Assembly (NCBI RefSeq): GCF_938018165.1
Contig: NZ_CALIIH010000010.1
DNA length: 64,000 nt
DNA from: Capnocytophaga leadbetteri
GTDB taxonomy: Bacteria > Bacteroidota > Bacteroidia > Flavobacteriales > Flavobacteriaceae
Direction: 5' to 3' (one strand)
Shown: in pieces, positions 8,402 to 16,518 of the stretch
Numbering within the stretch: position 1 is the first letter of the stretch
Layout: every line of letters starts with the position of its first letter
Notes under the pieces: generated by a model
Told to the model about the DNA's origin: nothing
What the model saw: the letters and a program-made list of their open reading frames with translations, nothing else
Database searches by the model: none
Made by a program: the position numbers and the translations under genes

Positions 8402-8442
8402 GCTACTTTTATGACCTTTACTGCAATAAAAAATTGATAAAA

Positions 8443-8799
8443 TGAAAATACAATATTGTTCGGATTTACAGCTAGTTTTTTTTGAAGAAAGAAGTGAAAA
8501 AAGCGGCAAAAGCTAAGAAAGCTGGCGAGATTGAGCGTATAGTAGTCGCTACCCATTACGTCCCCACCAAAGAGCATTACCCTGAAATATACTTAGACAG
8601 TCCGCTAAATGAAGCTTTTGCGCAAGACCTGACCGATTTTATCGTCTCAAACCCTATATATTATTGGATTTATGGGCATCACCATTTTAACCAGCCTGAC
8701 TTTAAGGTAGGTAACACCCAGCTACTCACCAACCAATTAGGCTACGTAATGCGAGATGAACACGAAGGGTTTGATTGGGAACAACGGGTGGAGGTGTAA
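8443..8799 (+). pseudogene. Calcineurin-like metallophosphoesterase remnant with an internal deletion and frameshift
   Basis: ATG 8443 gives MKIQYCSDLQLVFF (compare MKIxHISDLHL of metallophosphoesterases) and then hits a stop. In the next frame, opened by a TTG, the C-terminal about 100 aa continues and carries a GHHH (GHxH) motif. The middle roughly 150 aa with the GDxxDRG/GNHE motifs is missing. Confidence 0.5.
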
Positions 8800-8874
8800 A
8801 AAAATATAAAAAAAGTTAATGTTGTATTAAAAAAAGTTGTATATTTGTAGCGAAAAATAAAAAAGATATATTTT

Positions 8875-10716
8875 ATGGAAGAAAATAGTATAAAAATGAA
8901 ATCTCTAATAGAGCTTAGAGATGGACGTATCTTCTATGTTCCAGCCTACCAAAGAGGCTACAGATGGAATACGGAACAAGTAGAAGATTTGCTTAATGAC
9001 CTTTATGACTTCGCCTCAGGGAAAAATGAAAATCAGTTTTATTGTTTACAACCTGTTATTGTAAAGCGAATTGTTAGAGATTCTCCTAAATGGAAAGAAA
9101 TTTATGGGGCAAATCCTACGCTCCATGCAGAGGCACCTATTTATGAGGTAGTGGATGGGCAACAAAGGCTTACAACCCTTTACATCTTATTGCAATATAT
9201 CATTAACCATACAACAGATGAAGAAGAAAAAGAAGAGGAACAAAATGCTATATACAATCTCATCTATGAAACAAGAAGAGATTTATCTGGTTATCTTCAA
9301 ACGATAGGAAAGCAATCTAATTTTAGTAATATTGATGAAAAACATGCTTTCAATGCTTATCAAAGTATAGAAAAATGGATTAAAAATAAAAGAACTTTTT
9401 CATTAAAATCTTCCAAAATACGAGAAAAATTAGCGGAATTTCTTTATCAAGATAAGGATACTAAAGAGGATTGTGGTTCCCTACAAGTAGTCTGGTATGA
9501 AATCAATGAAGAAAAGGATGTTATACGTGAGTTTCTAACTATCAACAATGGAAAAATCCAGCTTACAGAAGCAGAACTTATCAAAGCACTTTTCCTACAA
9601 AAGTGCCATTTGGGAGATTACCATTTGGAAACTACGCAAGGAAATATTGCACTTGAGTGGGAACGCATTGAAAATACCTTGCATCAAGATGATTTTTGGT
9701 ATTTTCTGAGCAATGAAAACAAGATTCCTTCCAATCGTATAGAACTACTTCTACGCCTAAATAAAGGTATCTTTGAAACAGATAAAAACAAACTCTTCCG
9801 TTCTTACTATGAGATATTTTATGAAAAAGAAAGTCTTACAGAAAAAGTAAAGGGGGTATGGAAAAATATGATTGCCATTTTTCGTACGTTCGAAGATTGG
9901 TATATCGACCCTATAAAATACAATATGATAGGTTTCCTAACTCACGCAGGTGTTAAGCTCCAAGATATTTATAATGAATATAAAAGCTCCGATGATCAAA
10001 AAGACTTTATAGATAGGCTAAAAAACTTAGTACGAAAAATTATCGGGGAGTATAAAGGAGAGAAAATTGAAAAACTTAGCTATAAAAAAGACCGTAATAC
10101 CATCAGAAAAATACTCCTTTTGATGAATATTCATACGCTAAATACCCAATTGGAAGAATTACGAAAAAAAAATAACAATATAACGAATAGTTCTTCTTAC
10201 AAATTCCCTTTTGATATATTTATCAGTCAAAGTTGGGATGTAGAGCATATTGATTCTGCTACTTCCAATCGATTAAAAGACCATAATGAACAAAAATTAT
10301 GGATAGAAAGTTGTAAAGACTTTATTGAAAAAAAGAAATGGGAGGAAGAAATAATACCTTTATATGAAAAATGGGAAAATGGAGAAGAAAAAGATTGGGA
10401 AAAATGCAAAGAAGCTATTATAACATTGGTAGGTGAAAATCCAGAAGAAGGTGAGGAAGACAAAAATGGAATAAATAATCTCACTCTATTGGATGCTGAA
10501 ACAAATCGCAGTTACGGAAATGCTATTTTTCCTCGTAAACGAAAAGAAATACTTGAAGCCATTCGCAATGGTAAATATGTACCTCAATGTACTCAAATGA
10601 TATTCTATAAAAATTTTAGCAACAGCTCTCTACAAAACACACTTTATTGGAGTAAAGAGAGCAAAGAAGCCTACTTAAACTATATAATTGAAATACTTGA
10701 TTCTTATGGAAAATAA
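8875..10716 (+). CDS. DUF262 (ParB-like nuclease/NTPase) + DUF1524 (His-Me finger/HNH-like) fusion protein, GmrSD-family type IV restriction-like
   Basis: The N-terminal DUF262 motifs are 'YVPAYQRGYRW' and 'VVDGQQRLTTLYIL'. The C-terminal DUF1524-like motifs are 'WDVEHIDSATSN' and 'NNLTLLDAETNRSYGNAIFPRKRK'. Codon usage is very AT-rich and K/E-rich. Confidence 0.75.
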   Translation: MEENSIKMKSLIELRDGRIFYVPAYQRGYRWNTEQVEDLLNDLYDFASGKNENQFYCLQPVIVKRIVRDSPKWKEIYGANPTLHAEAPIYEVVDGQQRLTTLYILLQYIINHTTDEEEKEEEQNAIYNLIYETRRDLSGYLQTIGKQSNFSNIDEKHAFNAYQSIEKWIKNKRTFSLKSSKIREKLAEFLYQDKDTKEDCGSLQVVWYEINEEKDVIREFLTINNGKIQLTEAELIKALFLQKCHLGDYHLETTQGNIALEWERIENTLHQDDFWYFLSNENKIPSNRIELLLRLNKGIFETDKNKLFRSYYEIFYEKESLTEKVKGVWKNMIAIFRTFEDWYIDPIKYNMIGFLTHAGVKLQDIYNEYKSSDDQKDFIDRLKNLVRKIIGEYKGEKIEKLSYKKDRNTIRKILLLMNIHTLNTQLEELRKKNNNITNSSSYKFPFDIFISQSWDVEHIDSATSNRLKDHNEQKLWIESCKDFIEKKKWEEEIIPLYEKWENGEEKDWEKCKEAIITLVGENPEEGEEDKNGINNLTLLDAETNRSYGNAIFPRKRKEILEAIRNGKYVPQCTQMIFYKNFSNSSLQNTLYWSKESKEAYLNYIIEILDSYGK

Positions 10717-13024
10717 TTTATATACCCTAGAAAAACTCCTTACAGAAGAATTTGAAAACCACACCCTTAAACAGATTGTAATCCCTAAGATACAACGCTC
10801 TTATGCACAAGGGCGGAAGGAAGAATTACAAGTACGCATGAGTATTCTTGAAGAACTCTTCAGAACCTTAAAGGAAGAACAAGATATAGAACTCAACTTT
10901 ATTTATGGCTCTTTAAAGGAAAACGGAACATACGAATTACTTGATGGGCAACAACGTATTACCACCCTATTCTTGTTATACCTTTATGCTTATTTACAAG
11001 AAAAAGGATCATTGCCTGATTGGTTCAAAAACTGTTTGACCTACGAAACGCGACATTCCTCTCGTGACTTTATTGAAGAACTATGCGAGCTAAATCAGCT
11101 TACAAATGAGGAATATACCTTACCTAGTACGTATATCAAAAACCAAAAATGGTATAATAATGCCTTCCGCTTAGACCCTTCTATAGAAGCAATGCTTATC
11201 ATGCTTGATACGATTGATTGGTATTATAAAGAAACAGGAGAGCGGATAGCTGATAAGTTGAAACATATTCGTTTTTATGCTTTGAATCTTAATAATTTCA
11301 ATCTTACGGAAGAACTATATATAAAAATGAATGCAAGAGGATTACCTCTTACTCCTTTTGAAAATTTCAAAGCCGATTTAGTAGGGTATTACAAACCTAA
11401 TAAAGATGTAGCTGATAAAGAGTTCAAATCGTGGTTAGACTTTGCCACTAAATTGGATACTGAATGGATTGACATTTTTTGGAATAAAGAAAGCTCTGAT
11501 AAAGATGTTGATAACCAATATTTCCGCTTTTTCTATCGTGTAGCAACAATTCTAACTATTATTTTTTCTAAAGAAAATTCTGATAGTTTTAATTTTTTCC
11601 GACAAGAAAGTGAAATTCAAACAGATGATAAAGCCCGTTATTTAGGATTTGGACATTACAAAGTGTTGTTTGATACTTTAGGAAAAGACAAAAGTAGAGA
11701 AATGCTAACGCTGTTGCTTGATACTTTCAAATCATACCCTACAATTTTTGAAGAGGCTAAAGCAGCTTGGGGAGAACAAATAACTCCTTTTGCTGATGTT
11801 AAAAACTATTCTCAAAAGAATGCCGTAGTTTTTGCAGGAATTGTCTTGTATATCCTTACTCAAAAAACTTCACCTAAGGAGAATACAGACTTTAAACATT
11901 GGATGCGTGTAGTGTGGAATACTGTTGAAAATACAGATATTAATGGGGTAGTTCCTCAAGTGGGTACTATTCGTGTTTTATACAATCTTATAAGTGAGAG
12001 TCAAGGAGACATTTATAACCATTTAGCACAACAGGAAAAAGGAGCTACCAATGCTATAGATGAAGAAATTCGAAAAGCAAAACTTATCGTACAAGATAAT
12101 AGGTTTGAAGAAGTGCTTCAAAAACAAGAAGGACACGAGTTCTTTAAAGGCTTTGCTGGGGTAATACTCTCTGAAGGAGTAAGCTATGAATGCCTTAAGA
12201 ATCGCGTAGAAAGAATAGCTCCTCTGTTTGATAAAACGGGTATAAGTCCCGAATATCGCAATGAAGAACATCTACTCATTAGAGCTTGTATAACAAGTTT
12301 TAGAGAAGATATAAATAAACTTACCAACAATATTTTTATTACAGAACGTGTTGAAGATGATTCTAGACTTAAAAAGTTTTTAAGAGAGAATATAGTTACG
12401 ACTTTCATTCAATCGATTCTAGATAAAGAAGAAGAGATTCTTAAACACCTACGTAATATCATTGAAAAGTTTAAACTTCCTGATGATTTATACAAACAAA
12501 ATTATGCTTATGAACGTCTTGTAAAAGAAGCTAAATTATTTGAGTGGATTAAAGATCACACTTACACTTACAATAATAAAGATGTTTATTTTAAATCAGG
12601 TTATTCAGCAGAGACTTGGACTTATTATTTACATTTCCCTGGAAGGAAATATGATTATTTGTATTTAAATAATAAACGTGGTAAAATAATACCTAAATTT
12701 AGAGAAAAGGGATATGATTTTAATGATACCAATGATGGCAATAATCAAAGAAAGGCTATTGAAAAGTACAATGATTGTTTTGGATATTGGCCAATAGAGT
12801 TAAGCAAAACTGTTAGTTTTTATAAAATCATTCTTAGTTTCAATATTGACAATAAATTAACCGTTTTCATTCCTGATTTACTCGTAGATGAAAATCTTCT
12901 CGCTTTATTTGACCAACCTAATTCTGAAAATAAAACCATTGTAAAAGTGTTAGACTTAGATAATGATGAAGTTACTATATTTTCTGCTATAGAAGAGATA
13001 GAAAATAAAGTTAACTCTTTATAA
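10688..13024 (+). CDS. DUF262 domain protein (paralog partner; no DUF1524/HNH motif found) with a roughly 500-aa uncharacterised C-terminal region
   Basis: Motifs 'VIPKIQRSYAQG' and 'LLDGQQRITTLFLL' are present. It overlaps the upstream gene by 29 nt on the same strand, which implies an operon. I found no EHI/NxxLLxxxxN motif. Confidence 0.7.
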   Translation: MKYLILMENNLYTLEKLLTEEFENHTLKQIVIPKIQRSYAQGRKEELQVRMSILEELFRTLKEEQDIELNFIYGSLKENGTYELLDGQQRITTLFLLYLYAYLQEKGSLPDWFKNCLTYETRHSSRDFIEELCELNQLTNEEYTLPSTYIKNQKWYNNAFRLDPSIEAMLIMLDTIDWYYKETGERIADKLKHIRFYALNLNNFNLTEELYIKMNARGLPLTPFENFKADLVGYYKPNKDVADKEFKSWLDFATKLDTEWIDIFWNKESSDKDVDNQYFRFFYRVATILTIIFSKENSDSFNFFRQESEIQTDDKARYLGFGHYKVLFDTLGKDKSREMLTLLLDTFKSYPTIFEEAKAAWGEQITPFADVKNYSQKNAVVFAGIVLYILTQKTSPKENTDFKHWMRVVWNTVENTDINGVVPQVGTIRVLYNLISESQGDIYNHLAQQEKGATNAIDEEIRKAKLIVQDNRFEEVLQKQEGHEFFKGFAGVILSEGVSYECLKNRVERIAPLFDKTGISPEYRNEEHLLIRACITSFREDINKLTNNIFITERVEDDSRLKKFLRENIVTTFIQSILDKEEEILKHLRNIIEKFKLPDDLYKQNYAYERLVKEAKLFEWIKDHTYTYNNKDVYFKSGYSAETWTYYLHFPGRKYDYLYLNNKRGKIIPKFREKGYDFNDTNDGNNQRKAIEKYNDCFGYWPIELSKTVSFYKIILSFNIDNKLTVFIPDLLVDENLLALFDQPNSENKTIVKVLDLDNDEVTIFSAIEEIENKVNSL

Positions 13025-13034
13025 TTCTACAAAA

Positions 13035-13068
13035 CCTCCCCCACTCCTAAAAAGTGGGGAGTTTTTTT
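13035..13068 (+). terminator. Rho-independent terminator (GC stem ctcccccact / agtgggga + TTTTTTT)
   Basis: aaacctcccccactcctaaaaagtggggagttttttt, immediately after the stop of the second DUF262 gene. Confidence 0.8.
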
Positions 13069-13086
13069 AAAGAAAAAAATATAGTC

Positions 13087-13101
13087 GGTCATAGTTTGTC
13101 C
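13087..13101. repeat. 15-bp exact direct repeat GGTCATAGTTTGTCC (right copy)
   Basis: Identical to 8387-8401. It is followed by the -7 box for the next gene. Confidence 0.8.
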
Positions 13102-13112
13102 ATTTTGTTTTG

Positions 13113-13120
13113 TATCTTTG
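13113..13120 (+). promoter_or_regulatory. -7 box TATCTTTG for the 13145 gene
   Basis: 'ttttgtatctttgcc' lies 25 nt upstream of the ATG. Confidence 0.5.
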
Positions 13121-13144
13121 CCGTGTAATTTTTAAAGTAATACA

Positions 13145-13435
13145 ATGAATCTTTACTTAGACGACCTCCGTACTACTCCTGAGGGGTTTGAGCGGGTGTA
13201 TAGTTACGAGGAATTTGTAGCTTATCTTCAGCATTATGGGTTGCCTGATTTTATCTCGTTTGACCACGATTTGGGCGAGGAGTTTTCGGGCTATGATTGT
13301 GCCAAATATTTGGTGGATTATTGTTTAGACCGTCAGTTGCCTTTACCCAAGTTTGTAGTGCACAGTCAAAACCCTGTAGGTAAGGCGAATATAGAACAAC
13401 TATTAGCAAATTTTAAAAAGAATATAGAATTTTAA
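13145..13435 (+). CDS. Standalone REC-fold (receiver-like) small protein. It resembles the 'cREC' cyclic-phosphate-processing receiver family.
   Basis: 96 aa. The REC catalytic-pocket pattern is preserved: 'YLDDLR' (DD), 'ISFDHDLG' (the Asp at the phospho-acceptor position), 'VHSQNP' (Ser/Thr) and 'GKANI' (Lys). It has no output domain. The cREC assignment is from memory of that family's description. Confidence 0.5.
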   Translation: MNLYLDDLRTTPEGFERVYSYEEFVAYLQHYGLPDFISFDHDLGEEFSGYDCAKYLVDYCLDRQLPLPKFVVHSQNPVGKANIEQLLANFKKNIEF

Positions 13436-13446
13436 TAAATAAAACT

Positions 13447-14355
13447 ATGGCTAAAAAAGAACAATTATTGCGATTAGTGCATATCGTAAAAGCTCTTGAA
13501 AAGGCTCCTGAAGGGGGACTTAGCTATCAGGAGCTATACGACTACCTAAAACAAAAACACGAGGATAAAGATTGTGAGAAGTTTAGCTTCTCAGAAAAAA
13601 CTTTTCAGCGGGATAGGCATCTGTTAGAAGATATTTTTATGATTTATATTGCGCCTAATGGTAAAGGGCGATGGGTGATTGAAGAAAGCGAACTAACAAA
13701 CCGGTATGCTATTTTTGACAACATTTTATTAGTAGATGCCTACCGTCGCACTAAAGAGATGCAAGAGGTGCTACTATTTGAACGACAAGAGAAAACACTA
13801 GGCTTAAACCATATTGAAGACATTATTGAGGCTATAGAAAAACATCGTACTGTGCGGTTTTTCTACACCAAATTTTGGGAAGGGGTTGCTTGCCAGCGTG
13901 AAATGGTGCCTTATGCCTTAAAGGAACACAATAGGCGTTGGTATCTGATTGCTGCTGAGCACAAAGAGCCTATGCAGTTTAAGGCTTTTGGCTTAGACCG
14001 TATTTCTCAATTGGAGGTTACAACTACTAAAGTACAACGCAAAAAAGTGAATATAGAAGCCCTTTTTAAAAATACTTATGGGGTAATGATTGATACGGAA
14101 ACACCTCCGCAAGAGGTTATTTTATCGTTTGACTACGAGCAGGGGCAGTATGTTAAAACCCTACCACTGCACCCCTCGCAAAAGCTATTAGAGGACAATG
14201 AGGATGAGGTGCGTATCAGCTTGCAGCTCGTTCCTACTTACAATTTTGTGATGGAGATATGTGCCCGCAGTCAGTATGTGAAAGTGCTCGCTCCTGCTAC
14301 ATTGGCAGAAGAGGTGAAAGAACATCTAAAAAAAGCATATGAACAGTATTTGTAA
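13447..14355 (+). CDS. WYL-domain transcriptional regulator (N-terminal wHTH + WYL, BrxR/CapW/PafBC-like)
   Basis: The N-terminal HTH-like segment is 'LLRLVHIVKALEKAPEGGLSYQELYDYL'. The central segment 'NRRWYLIAAEH' contains the WYL tripeptide. The gene starts 12 nt after the small REC-like gene. Confidence 0.7.
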   Translation: MAKKEQLLRLVHIVKALEKAPEGGLSYQELYDYLKQKHEDKDCEKFSFSEKTFQRDRHLLEDIFMIYIAPNGKGRWVIEESELTNRYAIFDNILLVDAYRRTKEMQEVLLFERQEKTLGLNHIEDIIEAIEKHRTVRFFYTKFWEGVACQREMVPYALKEHNRRWYLIAAEHKEPMQFKAFGLDRISQLEVTTTKVQRKKVNIEALFKNTYGVMIDTETPPQEVILSFDYEQGQYVKTLPLHPSQKLLEDNEDEVRISLQLVPTYNFVMEICARSQYVKVLAPATLAEEVKEHLKKAYEQYL

Positions 14356-14356
14356 A

Positions 14357-14388
14357 ATTTAGTCATTTGTAATTTGTCATTTGTAATT
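14357..14388. repeat. Mini-repeat cluster 'ttagtcatttgtaatttgtcatttgtaatt' (reverse orientation of TGACAAAT units)
   Basis: Two 'tcatttgtaat' units lie directly 3' of the WYL gene. Confidence 0.7.
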
Positions 14389-14394
14389 ATTTTG

Positions 14395-14402
14395 TATCTT
14401 TG
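14395..14402 (+). promoter_or_regulatory. -7 box TATCTTTG for ubiE
   Basis: 'ttttgtatctttgc' lies 19 nt upstream of ATG 14421. The track start 14400 is a TTG inside this promoter. Confidence 0.5.
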
Positions 14403-14420
14403 CAAAAAATTACGCATCGT

Positions 14421-15155
14421 ATGTCAGCAAACACAGTTACTCCTTATGAAAATTCGGCACAAGGCAAAAAACAACAAGTTACCCAAATGTTTAACACCAT
14501 ATCGGGTACATATGACGGGCTAAACCGTGTTATTTCTTGGGGTTCGGATATAAAATGGCGTAAGTTTGTGGTACAGAAAGTAGCTGAAATACACCCTACA
14601 GCTGTATTAGATGTCGCTACAGGTACAGGTGATTTGGCCATTGCCCTTACTGAAATAAAAGGGGTGAAAATCACTGGGTTAGACATCTCAGAGGGAATGC
14701 TGTCAGTAGGGCGCGAAAAGGTAGCAAAGCGCAATCTTGCTGACCGCATTACCTTAGTACAAGGTGATAGTGAGCAACTGCCCTTTGCTGATGAGACTTT
14801 TGATGCCGTAACAGTAGGATTTGGGGTGCGTAACTTTGAAGATTTAGAAAAAGGACTTTCTGAAATTAGACGTGTGTTAAAACCTAATGGTCGGTTGGTA
14901 GTCTTAGAAACCTCAGTACCTGAGAAATTCCCTTTTAGGCAGGGGTATCATCTGTATACTAACTATGTGATGCCTTTGGTAGGCAAGTTGTTTTCTAAAG
15001 ACCGCTCGGCGTACCGATACCTATCTAACTCGGCAATACACTTTCCGTATGGGAAGAAATTTCAAGAGATATTAAACAAGGTAGGCTATCAGCAAACTAA
15101 GTATTACCCTAAAACATTGGGTGGCGTCGCTACCATTTATATTGCAAATAAATAG
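14421..15155 (+). CDS. ubiE: Demethylmenaquinone / ubiquinone C-methyltransferase UbiE/MenG
   Basis: The SAM-binding motif is 'VLDVATGTGDLAIAL'. Length is about 244 aa. The synteny in which a PorT gene follows ubiE is as recalled for Flavobacterium. Confidence 0.9.
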   Translation: MSANTVTPYENSAQGKKQQVTQMFNTISGTYDGLNRVISWGSDIKWRKFVVQKVAEIHPTAVLDVATGTGDLAIALTEIKGVKITGLDISEGMLSVGREKVAKRNLADRITLVQGDSEQLPFADETFDAVTVGFGVRNFEDLEKGLSEIRRVLKPNGRLVVLETSVPEKFPFRQGYHLYTNYVMPLVGKLFSKDRSAYRYLSNSAIHFPYGKKFQEILNKVGYQQTKYYPKTLGGVATIYIANK

Positions 15156-15170
15156 AAAATAAAAATAATA

Positions 15171-15893
15171 ATGAATAATAAAAGTCTGAAAAAAACTCTC
15201 TTGCTATTGCTTGTGTTTATAGGTGGATTTCACCTCTATGCTCAGTTTAAACAACCTATGATAAACTTAGAGCATTTTGATGAAAAACGCTTTCAGTGGG
15301 GTTATTATTTTGGTGCCAATACTTTTGATTTTAAAATCGATTACAAAGAGCTAAATTATAACAACCCACAGCTACAAGAGATACGAAACGAACGAAAAAT
15401 AGGCTTCAATGTGGGGCTTACAGGGCAAGCAAGACTTATCAAGTATATTGACCTACGTATCGAACCGGGGTTGGTATACAACAAGCGCGTGCTTACTTTC
15501 CCCAACTTTACCGAGAGCAGAGATGCCGTACGCGAAGTGCCTTCTACTTATATCTACATACCTTTGTTGCTGAAGTTTAGTGCCGATCGTTGGTATAATG
15601 TGAAACCCTATGTAACGGCAGGTGCCTCTATGGTTTTCAACCTCAGCAGTAATGCTAATCTAACGATAGACAACAGCGATAGAACTTTCCGTTCCACTAA
15701 AAACGTATTTTTCTATGAATTCGGCTTTGGGTTCGACTTTTATACCCATTATTTTAGGGTATCACCTTCGGTAAGAGCTTTGTTTTCTATCAATAATGAG
15801 TTAGTACCTGACTATGACCCAAACAGCCGCTGGACGGGCAACCTCAATGGTCTAAAAACAAGAGGTTTCTTATTCTGTCTTAACTTTGAATAA
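15171..15893 (+). CDS. PorT/SprT-family outer membrane beta-barrel protein (T9SS-associated)
   Basis: It has a signal peptide, a roughly 240-aa beta-barrel with alternating aromatic residues, and a C-terminal 'FLFCLNFE'. Its position downstream of ubiE matches flavobacterial sprT/porT. Confidence 0.55.
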   Translation: MNNKSLKKTLLLLLVFIGGFHLYAQFKQPMINLEHFDEKRFQWGYYFGANTFDFKIDYKELNYNNPQLQEIRNERKIGFNVGLTGQARLIKYIDLRIEPGLVYNKRVLTFPNFTESRDAVREVPSTYIYIPLLLKFSADRWYNVKPYVTAGASMVFNLSSNANLTIDNSDRTFRSTKNVFFYEFGFGFDFYTHYFRVSPSVRALFSINNELVPDYDPNSRWTGNLNGLKTRGFLFCLNFE

Positions 15894-15894
15894 T

Positions 15895-16503
15895 ATGAAA
15901 AAAATACTTATAGCAGTAGGTTTTTGCTTAAGCTTAGCCTCATACGGACAAAATTTTAGTTACCCTATGGCGAGTCCGCGCCAAGTGATTACACAGCAGT
16001 TTTCGGTAAGCCAGATTACTGTAGACTATGGTCGCCCAAGTGTGCGAGGTCGTAAAATATTTGGGGAGTTAGTACCCTTTGGCAAAGTATGGCGATTGGG
16101 TGCTAATCAGGCTACTAGTATTTCTTTCTTACAACCAGTAAAATTTGGAGGAAAGCCTGTAAAAAAAGGTGATTATGCTATCTTTGCAACGCCTGAAGCT
16201 CACCAATGGACAATTATGCTCAACTACGATGCTAATGCGTGGGGCGCTTACAGCTATGACCCTAATGAAAATGCTATAGAATTTACTGTTCCGGTTACAC
16301 AAACTAAAGATTTGCAAGAATCACTTGAGTTTTCGTTTGAGACCCTCTCTAATGAGAAGCTCAACTTGGTTATCCGCTGGGAATACACCAAAGTAGAAAT
16401 ACCCATTGAGATAGACAAGAAAGAAACTATTGAAAAAATAGTAGAACAACTGAAAGAAGTAAAGCAATACGAGCGCGATTTAGAGGGTAAAGACACTAAA
16501 TAA
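15895..16503 (+). CDS. DUF2911-like secreted protein
   Basis: It has a signal peptide and the motifs 'ITVDYGRPSVRGRKIFGELVPFGKVWRLGANQAT'. The DUF2911 assignment is by recall. The ATG lies 2 nt after the porT stop. Confidence 0.5.
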   Translation: MKKILIAVGFCLSLASYGQNFSYPMASPRQVITQQFSVSQITVDYGRPSVRGRKIFGELVPFGKVWRLGANQATSISFLQPVKFGGKPVKKGDYAIFATPEAHQWTIMLNYDANAWGAYSYDPNENAIEFTVPVTQTKDLQESLEFSFETLSNEKLNLVIRWEYTKVEIPIEIDKKETIEKIVEQLKEVKQYERDLEGKDTK

Positions 16504-16518
16504 TAAAGTTTTTAGGTT

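Noticed and set aside
8482-8799. Treating the 105-aa TTG-initiated ORF as an intact small gene
   Set aside because: It is the C-terminal portion of a metallophosphoesterase whose N-terminus (MKIQYCSDLQL) lies in another frame upstream. It is better explained as a pseudogene.
12023-12408. Antisense ORFs 12023-12271(-) and 12184-12408(-) inside the second DUF262 gene
   Set aside because: They are low-complexity and lie opposite a strongly coding, AT-rich gene. They are typical spurious ORFs.
14400-14420. TTG start 14400 for ubiE
   Set aside because: It lies inside the -7 box TATCTTTG(C). ATG 14421 gives the conserved UbiE N-terminus.
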